Shown piece by piece: positions 10,112-21,915 of a DNA stretch of 64,000 bases. Both the position numbers and the translations under genes were made by a program. The notes under the pieces are model-generated. The model had not been told where the DNA came from and did not search any database. It was given only the letters and a program-made list of their open reading frames with translations. The number at the start of each line of letters is the position of its first letter. The stretch's first letter is position 1. The DNA comes from Macrostomum hystrix (lineage: Eukaryota > Animalia > Platyhelminthes), in contig CATNEN010000001.1 in the NCBI GenBank assembly GCA_950097015.1, positions 9,796,001-9,860,000 of the forward strand. The letters run 5' to 3'.

Positions 10112-11822
10112 CTACTTCTTCAGGCATTTGCGCACTTTTTTCCAGTAGCCAATGGTTGATGAAAGCTTGCAACCCTCAGGGCCTCCATTGTGGATCCTTG
10201 CGTAATCCTGAAACAATTGGAAGAGCGCAATTAATGCCTTCGTGGAATATGCCTAAGATGCCTAATTTAGAAACTGCGCACTACACTTAAAGGTATTTAA
10301 AACCTCGCGGGTTTGCGACTTTTAAGCGCAGTCTAAACATTGCATGGCAAGATTTGAGGTCAGGTACTTTGGCTCGCGCTTAGCCACATTTTTGGTTGTA
10401 AAAAAACTAACATTGGATGTTTAAGAATAAGTAGGCAAATGAATAGAGTCGATTCAAATCACCTCGAAGTCTGGCGAGCTGTTGCTGGTGCAATTCGTGC
10501 CGTACTTGGCAAAGTAGTACAGCATGGTCTCGCGAGAACAGGCCTCGTTATTACTACCAGTAGTGCACTCTCTCCAGCCTTGTAAAAGGTTTTGTTTTAT
10601 CATGTTAGAAATCACGGATCAGTAATATTCACTTGAATGAATTGGGTCAGATTTGCAAGCGACAGCTATTGTGCGGCGCATCTGAAGGCTGCGTACGGCC
10701 GTTCAGTCCATGGACTGGAGGGACGCCACACCCACCCTCAATTACCCCAGCTAATGATGGTACCCATTCAACAGCTGGGCGGAACTGAATCAATGCTGAG
10801 TAAAGCGCATTAAGGACACCAATTTTTTTTCTGGAGTTGGGTAACGAACCGCCGACCTTTAAGTCATGAGTCAGACGCTATAACCACTAGGCTAGAGCAG
10901 GCTAGGCTAAATAAATCTAATATTCGATCAGAACAATGACTCAGTAATAATTAATAATAATTGCACGAGGGCTGCGGGCAATGGCACATCATTTGGTGAC
11001 AATAGACCCGGAGGCAGCGAGGAGGCAATTCTGCCCATTTCGCTGACTCTTGAAGACACACACACAAACACACACACAGGTGTGTACATCTGCCCTGACT
11101 TTCTCATCGTCAGGCAGTGTACACTCTCACTGTGCCTTGGAGGTTGGCCCTCGAGGGTGTAAATTGTACGACAAGCCCTCAAGCCTTCTCTCCGCGAAGC
11201 CAAATGAATGTGGCCTCGCCGCGGAATCGAACTTAGGGACCTTGGTGCGAGAGGCAAACGCGCAAACCGCCCTGTCACCGACCCCTGAACAATGACTCAC
11301 TTCCGCCAAGATTGCGACTAGCAAGCCCCGAAGCGTTCTTCCAATAGTCCTCTTTGATCTGGTAGGGGCCGCACGATAAAGTTTTTTGGTCAACCCTGCA
11401 GCCGATTCTCCGGTTGCATTTGGACTCCACCTGGCAGATGCAGCTGAAGAACTTATTAGGCAGTCTAGGCAGCTGTTGGTAGCTAGCTCCGACGCACAGC
11501 ATGAGCAGCAGACTCACGATACTGACAGATCGCCTGTTGGAGAGCGCGTTTTGACTTGAGAGTTGCCTGTTGCTTTCATGCTCAAGCTCATGTTCGGAAA
11601 ACTAATCTCCTATTCTGTTTCATCTTATCACACAGAGTGCACTGAAATCCCTGTTATAATGACCCCATATTTTTGTAAACACAGGTCTAAAAAATATACA
11701 CAGGTAAGGACAGCAATAGACAAGGTATTTAAATCATAGACCAAGTAATATAATATAAAAATATATAATGCAATATAAGTTATATTACTTGGTCTGTGAT
11801 TTAAATCATCGTGTACTTACAT
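10112..11822 (-). CDS. i-type (invertebrate/destabilase) lysozyme, copy 1, 148 aa, 4 coding exons
   Basis: Coding exons 11822-11821 (AT), 11533-11301, 10578-10463, 10207-10112, phase-consistent GT-AG. Motifs CICQVES (catalytic Glu), GCRVDQKTLSCGPYQIKEDYW (Asp) and DYARIHNGGPEGC...YWKKVRKCL; signal peptide present. Confidence 0.93.
10670..10895 (-). mobile_element. tRNA-derived CORE-type SINE (family B) in lysozyme 1 intron 2
   Basis: Minus strand begins with a tRNA-like A box (TAGCCTAGTGGTTA) and B box (GGTTCGTTACCC), followed by a CORE-like segment CAGTTCCGCCCAGCTGTTGAATGGGTACC; homologous to 59355-59552. Confidence 0.7.
10944..11286 (-). mobile_element. tRNA-derived SINE (family A) with (ATT)n tail and 13-bp TSD
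   Basis: TSD GAACAATGACTCA at 10931-10943 and 11287-11299; A/B boxes (TGACAGGGCGG, GTTCGATTCC); highly similar to 52965-53337. Confidence 0.9.
11735..11798. mobile_element. 64-bp mini-MITE with 19-bp TIRs and 8-bp TSD, in lysozyme 1 intron 1
   Basis: ATTTAAAT-[CATAGACCAAGTAATATAA...TTATATTACTTGGTCTGTG]-ATTTAAAT. Confidence 0.75.
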
Positions 11823-12171
11823 TTTAAAAATCAAAAGCTTCTCTTTCGAGCTAACTGTGAGCTATTGTGGCTAGTTTGAGCGCGTTCGCCAAAATACCTC
11901 GTACTAGCAGAACTCTATATATACACATTTGAGACGTAGCACATTGGTTTATTAATAAGCACTGTTTGATTAAAAGTACGCGACGTACCTTGCTGCATCG
12001 AGAATGAACCAGCTCAATGAAAAATACGTAGATGTGTGCAGCAAATCACTCCAGCCCCTAAGGACAGAAACGCAATTCCCGATGCGTTTCGCTTCTGGGG
12101 GTCTTCCGATTATTTTTTCTTTAAAACAGAAATTTTCTAATTAATTCAGCCTTCAAGTTTTTTTGGCTTTC

Positions 12172-14039
12172 CAGGAAGTCCCAGACATGCTTAATGCGGG
12201 TCAGTGCAGAATGTTCAGGAAGTCCCTGCAGACATTCTTAATGCGGGTCAGTGCAGAATGTTCGGGAAGCCCCAGACATGCTTAATGCGGGTCAGTGCAG
12301 AATGTTCAGGAAGTCCCTGCAGACATGCTTAATGCGGGTCAGTGCAGAATGTTCAGGAAGCCCCAGACATGCTTAATGCGGGTCAGTGCAGAATGTTCAG
12401 GAAGTCCCTGCAGACATGCTTAATGCGGGTCAGTGCAGAATGTTCAGGAAGCCCCAGACATGCTTAATGCGGGTCAGTGCAGAATGTTCAGGAAGCCCCA
12501 GACATGCTTAATGCGGGTCAGTGCAGAATGTTCAGGAAGTCCCTGCAGACATGCTTAATGCGGGTCAGTGCAGAATGTTCAGGAAGTCCCAGACATGCTT
12601 AATGCGGGTCAGTGCAGAATGTTCAGGAAGTCCCAGACATGCTTAATGCGGGTCAGTGCAGAATGTTCAGGAAGCCCCAGACATGCTTAATGCGGGTCAG
12701 TGCAGAATGTTCAGGAAGCCCCAGACATGCTTAATGCGGGTCAGTGCAGAATGTTCAGGAAGCCCCAGACATGCTTAATGCGGGTCAGTGCAGAATGTTC
12801 AGGAAGCCCCAGACATGCTTAATGCGGGTCAGTGCAGAATGTTCAGGAAGCCCCAGACATGCTTAATGCGGGTCAGTGCAGAATGTTCAGGAAGTCCCAG
12901 ACATGCTTAATGCGGGTCAGTGCAGAATGTTCAGGATGCCCCAGACATGCTTAATGCGGGTCAGTGCAGAATGTTCAGGAAGTCCCTGCAGACATGCTTA
13001 ATGCGGGTCAGTGCAGAATGTTCAGGAAGCCCCAGACATGCTTAATGCGGGTCAGTGCAGAATGTTCAGGAAGCCCCAGACATGCTTAATGCGGGTCAGT
13101 GCAGAATGTTCAGGAAGCCCCAGACATGCTTAATGCGGGTCAGTGCAGAATGTTCAGGAAGCCCCAGACATGCTTAATGCGGGTCAGTGCAGAATGTTCA
13201 GGAAGCCCCAGACATGCTTAATGCGGGTCAGTGCAGAATGTTCAGGAAGCCCCAGACATGCTTAATGCGGGTCAGTGCAGAATGTTCAGGAAGTCCCAGA
13301 CATGCTTAATGCGGGTCAGTGCAGAATGTTCAGGAAGCCCCAGACATGCTTAATGCGGGTCAGTGCAGAATGTTTAGGAAGTCCCAGACATGCTTAATGC
13401 GGGTCAGTGCAGAATGTTCAGGAAGTCCCTGCAGACATGCTTAATGCGGGTCAGTTCAGAATGTTCAGGAAGCCCCAGACATGCTTAATGCGGGTCAGTG
13501 CAGAATGTTCAGGAAGCCCCAGACATGCTTAATGCGGGTCAGTGCAGAATGTTCAGGAAGTCCCAGACATGCTTAATGCGGGTCAGTGCAGAATGTTCAG
13601 GAAGCCCCAGACATGCTTAATGCGGGTCAGTGCAGAATGTTCAGGAAGCCCCAGACATGCTTAATGCGGGTCAGTGCAGAATGTTCAGGAAGCCCCAGAC
13701 ATGCTTAATGCGGGTCAGTGCAGAATGTTCAGGAAGTCCCAGACATGCTTAATGCGGGTCAGTGCAGAATGTTCAGGAAGTCCCAGACAGGCTTAATGCG
13801 GGTCAGTGCAGAATGTTCAGGAAGTCCCAGACATGCTTAATGCGGGTCAGTGCAGAATGTTCAGGAAGCCCCAGACATGCTTAATGCGGGTCAGTGCAGA
13901 ATGTTCAGGAAGTCCCTGCAGACATGCTTAATGCGGGTCAGTGCAGAATGTTCAGGAAGTCCCAGACATGCTTAATGCGGGTCAGTGCAGAATGTTCAGG
14001 AAGCCCCAGACATGCTTAATGCGGGTCAGTGCAGAATGT
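12172..14039. repeat. Minisatellite, 44-bp unit (47-bp variant), about 42 copies
   Basis: Unit CAGACATGCTTAATGCGGGTCAGTGCAGAATGTTCAGGAAGCCC; the variant ends GTCCCTG. Confidence 0.97.
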
Positions 14040-14164
14040 AGTCGAGAAAGACGAGTTATTGATTACGATAGCTGGCCCAATTCTTTAAAAGCCAGCTTTC
14101 ATTGAAAATAAATCGAGGTGATCAAGGCAAATGTATGTTTTTATCTGACAAATTCCTCCATTGT

Positions 14165-14640
14165 GAGCCCAGTGTTAGCACTTGAGTTCGGGGTCGCCCT
14201 GTGCATCCCGCTTCGGACTTCTAACTGACTCTTAGGTCTTTTTATTTGCAGGGGGCCTGGGGCACTTGACGCACAAGCGCAGGAACGGCATGCCCCCAGG
14301 CCGGCGAACTAGGCGGGAGTCGCCCATCGCGCCATCTGGACCCCTGGACACAGGCACCTCACACACAGCAGCAAGCCAAGCGGGGGAAAGGGGGCGGCAG
14401 CCGGAGTGCCTCTCACCCCAGGCCCGCACACGCACAGAGCAGACCGAACCAGGGGAGGACTTAGATGCCTGAAGGGTAGGGACGAGAGGACCAAGCCACG
14501 AGACGAAAAGACGGCCAGTGAAACCCGCCGCTCAGAGCACGCATGGCTGGTGTGCACCCGCCATGAACACGCAGTTAAAGTAGTCCCTGGTTAGACCGCC
14601 CAGCTACTCACCCCCAACAACGTCCCATACATCACATCGT
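14165..14640. other. GC-rich island, probably a fragment of an unidentified retroelement
   Basis: Abrupt rise in GC relative to flanks; short ORFs carry no recognisable domain. Identity not established. Confidence 0.3.
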
Positions 14641-15212
14641 AAAAGACTGGTAGTTACGCTGTACTGTAACATTCTCACGGTGCTGGAAATGCAGGGGGTT
14701 CTGTTTCATGTGAAAACTACATTTGCAAGGGCAGCACGTGCTTTTGGTAAGAGCTTGGCATAAGTTTTGGCCGTTTAATTAGCATCCAGATAATTCCAGT
14801 TCTTTTTCATTGAATGAGCAATAAATGTTGTTCTAAATTACACTGAACATTTGCTCTCTCAAGGTAAGCGGTTTTTTACTTTAAGGTTGCGGTTTGGGAG
14901 GCCAGTTTTCAACGACTATGCAACTGCTTTTAGCTGAGTGGAACCAGGGCGCTTCTGCTCTGCTGTGCATGCGAGCGATGGTGGCTGAGGTCTCGGCCAC
15001 TTTCATTCTAGCATTATTCTCTGCTGCGTAACAATTTTTGCTTGTAAAGAACGCTACATAAAAAATGGAACATTTTTCATTTTAAACGTTTCTGACCCTA
15101 CCAGGCAGCAAAAGTCTAATATTGCTGCAACACGAATTTCTCACTAACCGTACATTATGTGTAATTTACTTGCAAAGCTACCCGGTGAAAGCAACTTTGG
15201 CTTATGGCTGTT

Positions 15213-16140
15213 CAACTGAACCCGTGAATCTCAACAGAAACCTCAATCTCAACAGAAACCTGAATCTCAACAGAAACCTCAATCTCAACAGAAACCTGAA
15301 TCTCAACTGAACCCGTGAATCTCAACAGAAACCTTAATCTCAACTGAACCCGTGAATCTCAACAGAAACCTTAATCTCAACTGAACCCGTGAATCTCAAC
15401 TGAAACCTCAATCTCAACAGAAACCTGAATCTCAACTGAACCCGTGAATCTCAACAGAAACCTTAATCTCAACTGAACCCGTGAATCTCAACTGAAACCT
15501 TAATCTCAACTGAACCCGTGAATCTCAACTGAAACCTTAATCTTAACAGAAACCTGAATCTCAACTGAACCCGTGAATCTCAACAGAAACCTTAATCTCA
15601 ACTGAACCCGTGAATCTCAACAGAAACCTTAATCTCAACTGAACCCGTGAATCTCAACTGAAACCTGAATCTTAACAGAAACCTGAATCTCAACTGAACC
15701 CGTGAATCTCAACTGAAACCTGAATTTCAACTGAATCCCGAATCTCCACTGAACCCCGAATCTTAACTGAACCCTGAATCTCAACTGAACCCTGAATCTC
15801 CACTGAACCCCGAATCTTAACTGAACCCTGAATCTCAACTGAACCCTGAATCTCCACTGAACCCCGAATCTTAACTGAACCCTGAATCTCAACTGAAACC
15901 TGAATCTCAACTGAACCCGTGAATCTCAACTGAACCAGTAAATCTCAACAGAAACCTGAATCTCAACAGAAACCTGAATCTCAACAGAAACCTGAATCTC
16001 AACTGAACCCGTGAATCTCAACAGAAACCTTAATCTCAACTGAACCCGTGAATCTCAACAGAAACCTTAATCTCAACTGAACCCGTGAATCTCAACTGAA
16101 CCCGTGAATCTCAACTGAACCCGTGAATCTCAACTGAACT
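15213..16140. repeat. Minisatellite of mixed 18/19-bp units, about 50 copies
   Basis: Units AATCTCAACTGAACCCGTG and AATCTCAACAGAAACCTG/T, with an internal 54-bp trimer block near 15730-15890. Confidence 0.95.
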
Positions 16141-16487
16141 TAAACGACGTCAGCCCTGAATTTTTTTAAACCGACGTAATGATCGAAGCTAAACTTTGAA
16201 TCCAGTATAAAAAATATATCTTTGCTCTTTTTTCATTTCTAAGTTTTTTGTCATATACAGGTGAGACCGTTTAAAGGTGATAATAATTCTGATTAAGCCT
16301 GTCTCACAAGTCGATGATCAGTGTATTTTATTTAGTTTTTTACTAATACAGCGTATGCTCGTCTCAGAAACGTCCCAGACTCAATCAGAGGACTGCTATT
16401 CAAATCGAGCTGCAATAAGAAAATTATTAGTATCAATTGAACAAATCTTATCGTTTAAAGTTTGATTACATTGCTATTCGCATTCAC

Positions 16488-16894
16488 TCAAAAGAAGAAA
16501 TGATTATCGTCATCCTCTTCTTCCTCTCTACCCTTGCGGCGTTTTCGGTTCCGTTTAGATTCGCCGCTTCCGCCCGAACTGCCGGATCCCTGGCCGACTG
16601 AGCAGCTGGAGTTGAGCATCTGTTGCACCTGGAAGCTGGCGAAGCTCTTGGCCGTGACCGATCGCGTCGCAAGGACCACTAGTAGATAGACTTGAGTAGT
16701 CCGTGTCGCGTCGCCGCGCCGCTGCTGCCGGACCAGACCTCGATTCTATTAGGTCTGTTCGTACGGATGCTTGTGACTTTGCGCACCAGGAGTCATAAGA
16801 CATTGTTGCCAAGCAAACTGTTCGACTGACAATAAACAGCTATTAAACAAAGCCGGAAACAGACCACAGCAATTATCGATTTTGCCATATTCAT
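16488..16894 (-). pseudogene. Pseudogenised paralog of the secreted orphan protein at 6487-7089
   Basis: MNMAKSIIAVVCFRLCLIAVYCQSNSLLGNNVL*LLVRKV...NRIEVWS...ATRSVTAKSFASFQVQQM...KRNRKRRKGREEEEDDDNHFFF vs GNDVMLLVRKV...DRIEVWS...ATRAATVQSFAGY...DDKYFIF. Premature TGA, internal deletion and frameshift. Same GCTTATATAC TATA context upstream (about 17013). Confidence 0.8.
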
Positions 16895-17212
16895 GAAACT
16901 ACTTCGCTTTATAGTAGTTTGAATCGGTAGATTTAGTAGCTTTGGTATCCATTCCGATTCGGCTATTCTTAAAGTCGGGTAACTCAAAATTTATCGACCG
17001 AGTTTTAGGCTCGCTTATATACCGCAGTTTTCTTAAACAACATTTCAGTTGCGATAAATACTTTCTTAAAGCTTTCAGTTGTGATTCACTCTTGTTAATC
17101 TCAACTGCCATCTGTGTTTACTGTAGACCAACTTCGGATCGACATTGAAATGTTCACTTCTATCTGGATCTGGAGGCTTTTCCGGTCCCTTAAATCAAAC
17201 TAATGAGATGAT

Positions 17213-18142
17213 TAGGACATTGGGTATTGAGATACCTAGGACATTGGGTATTGAGATACCTAAGACATTGGGTATTGAGCTGCCTAACACATTGGGTATT
17301 GAGATGCCTAGGCCATTGGGTATTGAGATACCTAGGACATTGGGTATTGAGATACCTAGGACATTGGGTATTGAGATACCTAGGACATTGGGTATTGAGA
17401 TACCTAGGACATTGGGTATTGAGCTGCCTAGGACATTGGGTATTGAGATAACTAGGACATTGGGTATTGAGCTGCCTAGGACATTGGGTATTGAGATGCC
17501 TAGGACATTGGGTATTGAGATACCTAGGACATTGGGTATTGAGATACCTAGGACATTGGGTATTGGGATACCTAGGACATTGGGTATTGAGATACCTAGG
17601 ACATTGGGTATTGAGATACCTAGGACATTGGGTATTGGGATACCTAGGACATTGGGTATTGAGATACCTAGGACATTGGGTATTGAGATACCTAGGACAT
17701 TGGGTATTGAGATGCCTAGGACATTGGGTATTGAGATACCTAGGACATTGGGTATTGAGCTGCCTAGGACATTGGGTATTGAGCTGCCTAGGACATTGGG
17801 TATTGGGATACCTAGGACATTGGGTATTGAGATACCTAGGACATTGGGTATTGAGATGCCTAGGACATTGGGTATTGAGATGCCTAGGACATTGGGTATT
17901 GAGATGCCTAGGACATTGGGTATTGAGCTGCCTAGGACATTGGGTATTGAGATGCCTAGGACATTGGGTATTGAGATGCCTAGGACATTGGGTATTGAGC
18001 TGCCTTGGACATTGGGTATTGAGCTGCCTAGGACATTGGTATTGAGCTGCCTAGGACATTGGTATTGAGCTGTCTAGGACATTGGGTATTGAGCTGCCTA
18101 GGACATTGGGTATTGAGCTGCCTTGGACATTGGGTATTGAGA
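17213..18142. repeat. Minisatellite, 24-bp unit, about 39 copies
   Basis: Unit TAGGACATTGGGTATTGAGATACC with GAGCTGCC/GAGATGCC variants. Confidence 0.97.
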
Positions 18143-18598
18143 TTTCAGATTCGAACTATGCTAATCTAAGATGCACTTTACTAAAACGCAATGCTGAGCC
18201 AATGTTGTTAGTATTTCACTGTTAAGAGTCGTTCACTGCCCAATTAGACAATAGGGAAGACCTCGAGGAAATAGAAATCAACAGTTCCCAACCACGAACT
18301 AAATTCCAGAGTCGATTAATTACATGTTCCCTCCTGCTCTTACTTCAATTAATATATTCACGTTCGTTTTAACAACTAAGCCACCGATAGGCAGCGTTCG
18401 TCCGGAGGAAATATGGCACCATCAAGACACAGGGAATTCCATAAAATACTTCGGCTTGGTCAAAGTCATAAGCCAACATTTTAGTAACACAGAAGTTGAG
18501 CTCAGAAGTAATAAAAAAACTAAAACAAATCCAGCAGAAGTTTGCCAATTAGATTTATCCAAGATTGTATTTTTAGTTGCTCGTTGACGCAGGAGCGA

Positions 18599-20120
18599 CT
18601 AGACGTTCAGGCAGCTGCGCACCTTGTTCCAGTAGCCAATGGTGTAGTCGTGCCTGCAGCCCAGAGGGCCTCCATTGTGGATCCTGGCGTAGTCCTGAAT
18701 TTCGAAAAGTTTATTTGTGAACACAGGCGTGTACGTACGATTTTCTCATCGTCAGGCAGTGAACACTACTCGTACTACTGTGCCCTGTAGCAACACCACC
18801 GCGTGGGGTTATTTCAAATACCGACATTTTCTCATTTCTGTATTTCCTAAAATATTCGGCCAATGGCCATGAAAGTCCGGAAAATGGTCTGAAATTATCG
18901 GCTATATCTGATGCAACAACTTCCAGAGTCACAAAACATCCGGATCGTCGAGATATTCAACGATTCTAGTCTGGGCGTCTGGTGGCAAAAACCACCAATT
19001 TAGGCCTAATTTTTTTGCTCACAAAATTTCATCAAGTAGTCATGTCGGCTATTATTGGTGCTTATATTGTTAACTTTTATATTATTGAACCAATATGGAT
19101 TGGCCATACAGGTTTATACAGAGTAATGTCAGTGATCCATGTCACCAGGGTCTTCGACAAGACAGTTCATCGTAAAGGATGGAAAAAGTCGATTCAGATG
19201 GTGGACTTTCACGAAAATCTATCATTCGGTTAAGGAGCTATCAGTGAAGTAGGCAGTGGGTATTTACAATCCCCCATGCTCTCTCCCCACAAGGGAAAAT
19301 AGCGTGGTCCTTGCCTTGGTCCTAACGACAAGCATCCTAGCTCAAGCATCCTAGAATCGTTATTGCGAGAGTCAGTCTCATTACTTTATTGCCACTCATC
19401 CAAACCGAAAAAAGACAAGTTTACTTTATGCATTTTCACAATGCCTTGCCGTGGATTCGAGCCCAGGGACTTTGGTTGGAGATTTGGATGCGCTCAAACC
19501 CTCATTTTTGGCTGTAAATAAGAACTAACATCTGAAGTTTTAATAAAATAGCAAATTGAACAGATTAGATTTAACTCACTTCATAGGTTGGTGGCCTGTT
19601 GTTGGTACAGTACCTGCCGTACCTGGCAAAGTAGTACAGCATGGTCTCGCGAGAGCAGGCCTCGTTATTACTACCAGTAGTACACTGCATCCAGCCTTGT
19701 AAATATTGAAAAAAAAATTTGTCAGAAATCGCGGATAAGCGATATTGTTAGTATCTTAAAATGTCACCAGAACAATGACCCACTTCCGCCAATGTTACGG
19801 CCAGCAAACTGTGAAGCGTCCCTCCAGAAATCGTCCTTGATCTGGTAGGGGCCGCAGGACAGGGTCACCGGATCAGGCACGCAGCCGATATTTCGGTTGC
19901 AGTTGGACTCAACCAGACAGATGCAGCGGAAGAACTGCTCAGGCAGGCTGGGCAGCTGTTGGTAGCTGGCCCCGACGCACAGCAGGAGCAGCAGACTCAA
20001 GATGCTCACGGATTGCCTTTTAAAACGTTTGTTTTGAGGATAAATTGTGTCATAACCTACTTTTTTATGTACGAAAAAACGGCCACTCACTCAAAGTGAA
20101 AGAACAGAAAAGACTCACAT
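18599..20120 (-). CDS. i-type (invertebrate/destabilase) lysozyme, copy 2, 148 aa, 4 coding exons
   Basis: Coding exons 20120-20119 (AT), 20016-19784, 19695-19580, 18694-18599, with the same sizes as copy 1 (2/233/116/96). Motifs CICLVES, GCVPDPVTLSCGPYQIKDDFW and DYARIHNGGPLGC...YWNKVRSCL. Confidence 0.93.
18800..19265. repeat. Dispersed repeat copy 2, inside lysozyme 2 intron 3
   Basis: Inverted homology to 90-556 and to 9460-9595. Confidence 0.7.
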
Positions 20121-20614
20121 GTCTTTTTTGAGCCACATGTGACAAGCCAATAATTATATTGTGCTTGACACAGAAGATTGAAAACTTCGTCAGACTAGCT
20201 GCCTGGCTATATAGTTGAATGAGGGGCAACACTTCTTGCCTGGTCGCTTTCAACACAGACCGTTTTTCAAGAACACTGGACTATTTTCCCACGAATCGAG
20301 TTGCACAAACGCTTCTATGGGCTAATTTTTCATGATCTGATAAGTCACGATTCATTTGTGTGGTCTTCAGAGTATGTCGGCTCAACACTGCTCATATTTG
20401 TCGGTGCCTTGATAGCAAAAAAATCATAAAAACTGTGTTCCTTCAGAGCCGTGAGCGTATGAAGAACTTGCTTATAGTTTGAAGAATAAGGCACTAATTG
20501 GCTGATCTTTGGATGGTCATGATGAAGAGTAGTGCCACGATTAGGTGCAAATAAATCTACGTTTTTAGACTTTGGTTTGTCAGAAACGATGACAAAATGC
20601 CTTATTCGTATGGT

Positions 20615-20770
20615 GGTGAGTATTCTGGCAATTCTGCCCTTTCCCTTTACTCCTGAGCACTTCACAGACACACAGGTGTCTCTACAGCTACCAAGCCCCC
20701 AAGCCTTCTCTCCGCAGCTGCGCCTCAAATGAATGTGGCCTCGCCGCGGAATCGAGCTCAAGGACTTGGA
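20615..20770 (-). mobile_element. Truncated SINE family A copy
   Basis: GGCAATTCTGCCC...AAGCCTTCTCTCCGC...AAATGAATGTGGCCTCGCCGCGGAATCGAGCTCA matches 10944-11286. Confidence 0.75.
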
Positions 20771-21915
20771 CTGTAGTCTAGTTTAATTATTGTATTTCAA
20801 GCACAGATAGTAATTTAGAAGACGAAAAAGATTTCTACGTATACGTAGCCACACAATTTTCCCAATCAAATTGTAAGTAGTCGCTTGATAAGGCACGAAC
20901 CGAATTCTTGGGGGTGTGTACAGGTAATAAACAAGCGCGGTACGAGTATATTGAATAGTTTTTTTGTAGACATGTTACATAAAAGCGTGTCTAGAACACA
21001 TCGAATATATAAATTCAAAATCAAACGGATTCTTTTCCTATCGGATAATTTAGAAATGCTCGAATGATGAAACAGCTAAAGAGAAATCGAAATCACACCT
21101 AGCAGCTAATTTGGGCAATAACATTGAAATTTCCACCCCACCTGATGCTGATAGCACCATTTTTTACAACTGAGTGAACTAAAACACTAGAGAAATAATG
21201 AAATAAGTGTCTTGCTCAATTGGGCACAAATTGCTTCACTAAGTCAGAAGTTCTATTAAAGTACAATACATCCAGCTATAATCTAGCTCTTGTATGAAGA
21301 ATAATGAAGTTGAAACATACTTCTTAGGAAAGCATTCGTGATGGCTAAATGTTTGATACATCTAACTACTAGATTTGAGAGAAAATATCGAAGCTAGACA
21401 GTTAAATGTCTCAAATTGGCCTGTAAAAATGAATAAGTACAAGCTAAAACCAAAGCACATTCCAATCCCTAACTTTGAGCACTTTTATGCCAGCCTGTTA
21501 TATAAATGCCACGAAAAATAAACGGCGAAACTCAAGCCGCACCCCCCTCTGAGACCTGCCAACGTCTGTCCCGCATTGTGGCCATTATTCCAAATAGCGT
21601 TTCTCTCTATCTGCTTCTCTTAGCAAACTGCCATGCACTATACTAGTATGCTGGCTTTTTTCCGTTTCTATTCAACTCGCGCATGACAACGGGCAAGAGT
21701 CTGCGCACACACTCTTTCTTCTCACTCTGCCTGCTCCCACGCAGATATCTCTCTCCCATTTCACAACTGAATATATTTCTTGCCTATCTTTTATATACTG
21801 AGTTTCTTTCTGACTGTGCGTATAAAGTGTCAAACACTTGCGTTGAGCCATTACATATTTGTCAGAAATCAGCATAAAAACAATCTCAGCAATTCGGACC
21901 TCGCCGTAGAGCTAA

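Noticed and set aside
12172-14039. CRISPR-like appearance of the regular 44-47 bp array (and of the other arrays)
   Set aside because: Head-to-tail repeats without unique spacers, no cas genes, eukaryotic context.
17145-18068. 307-aa (RTLGIEIP)n ORF
   Set aside because: A 24-bp minisatellite with a non-ATG start and no signal peptide or codon-level divergence.
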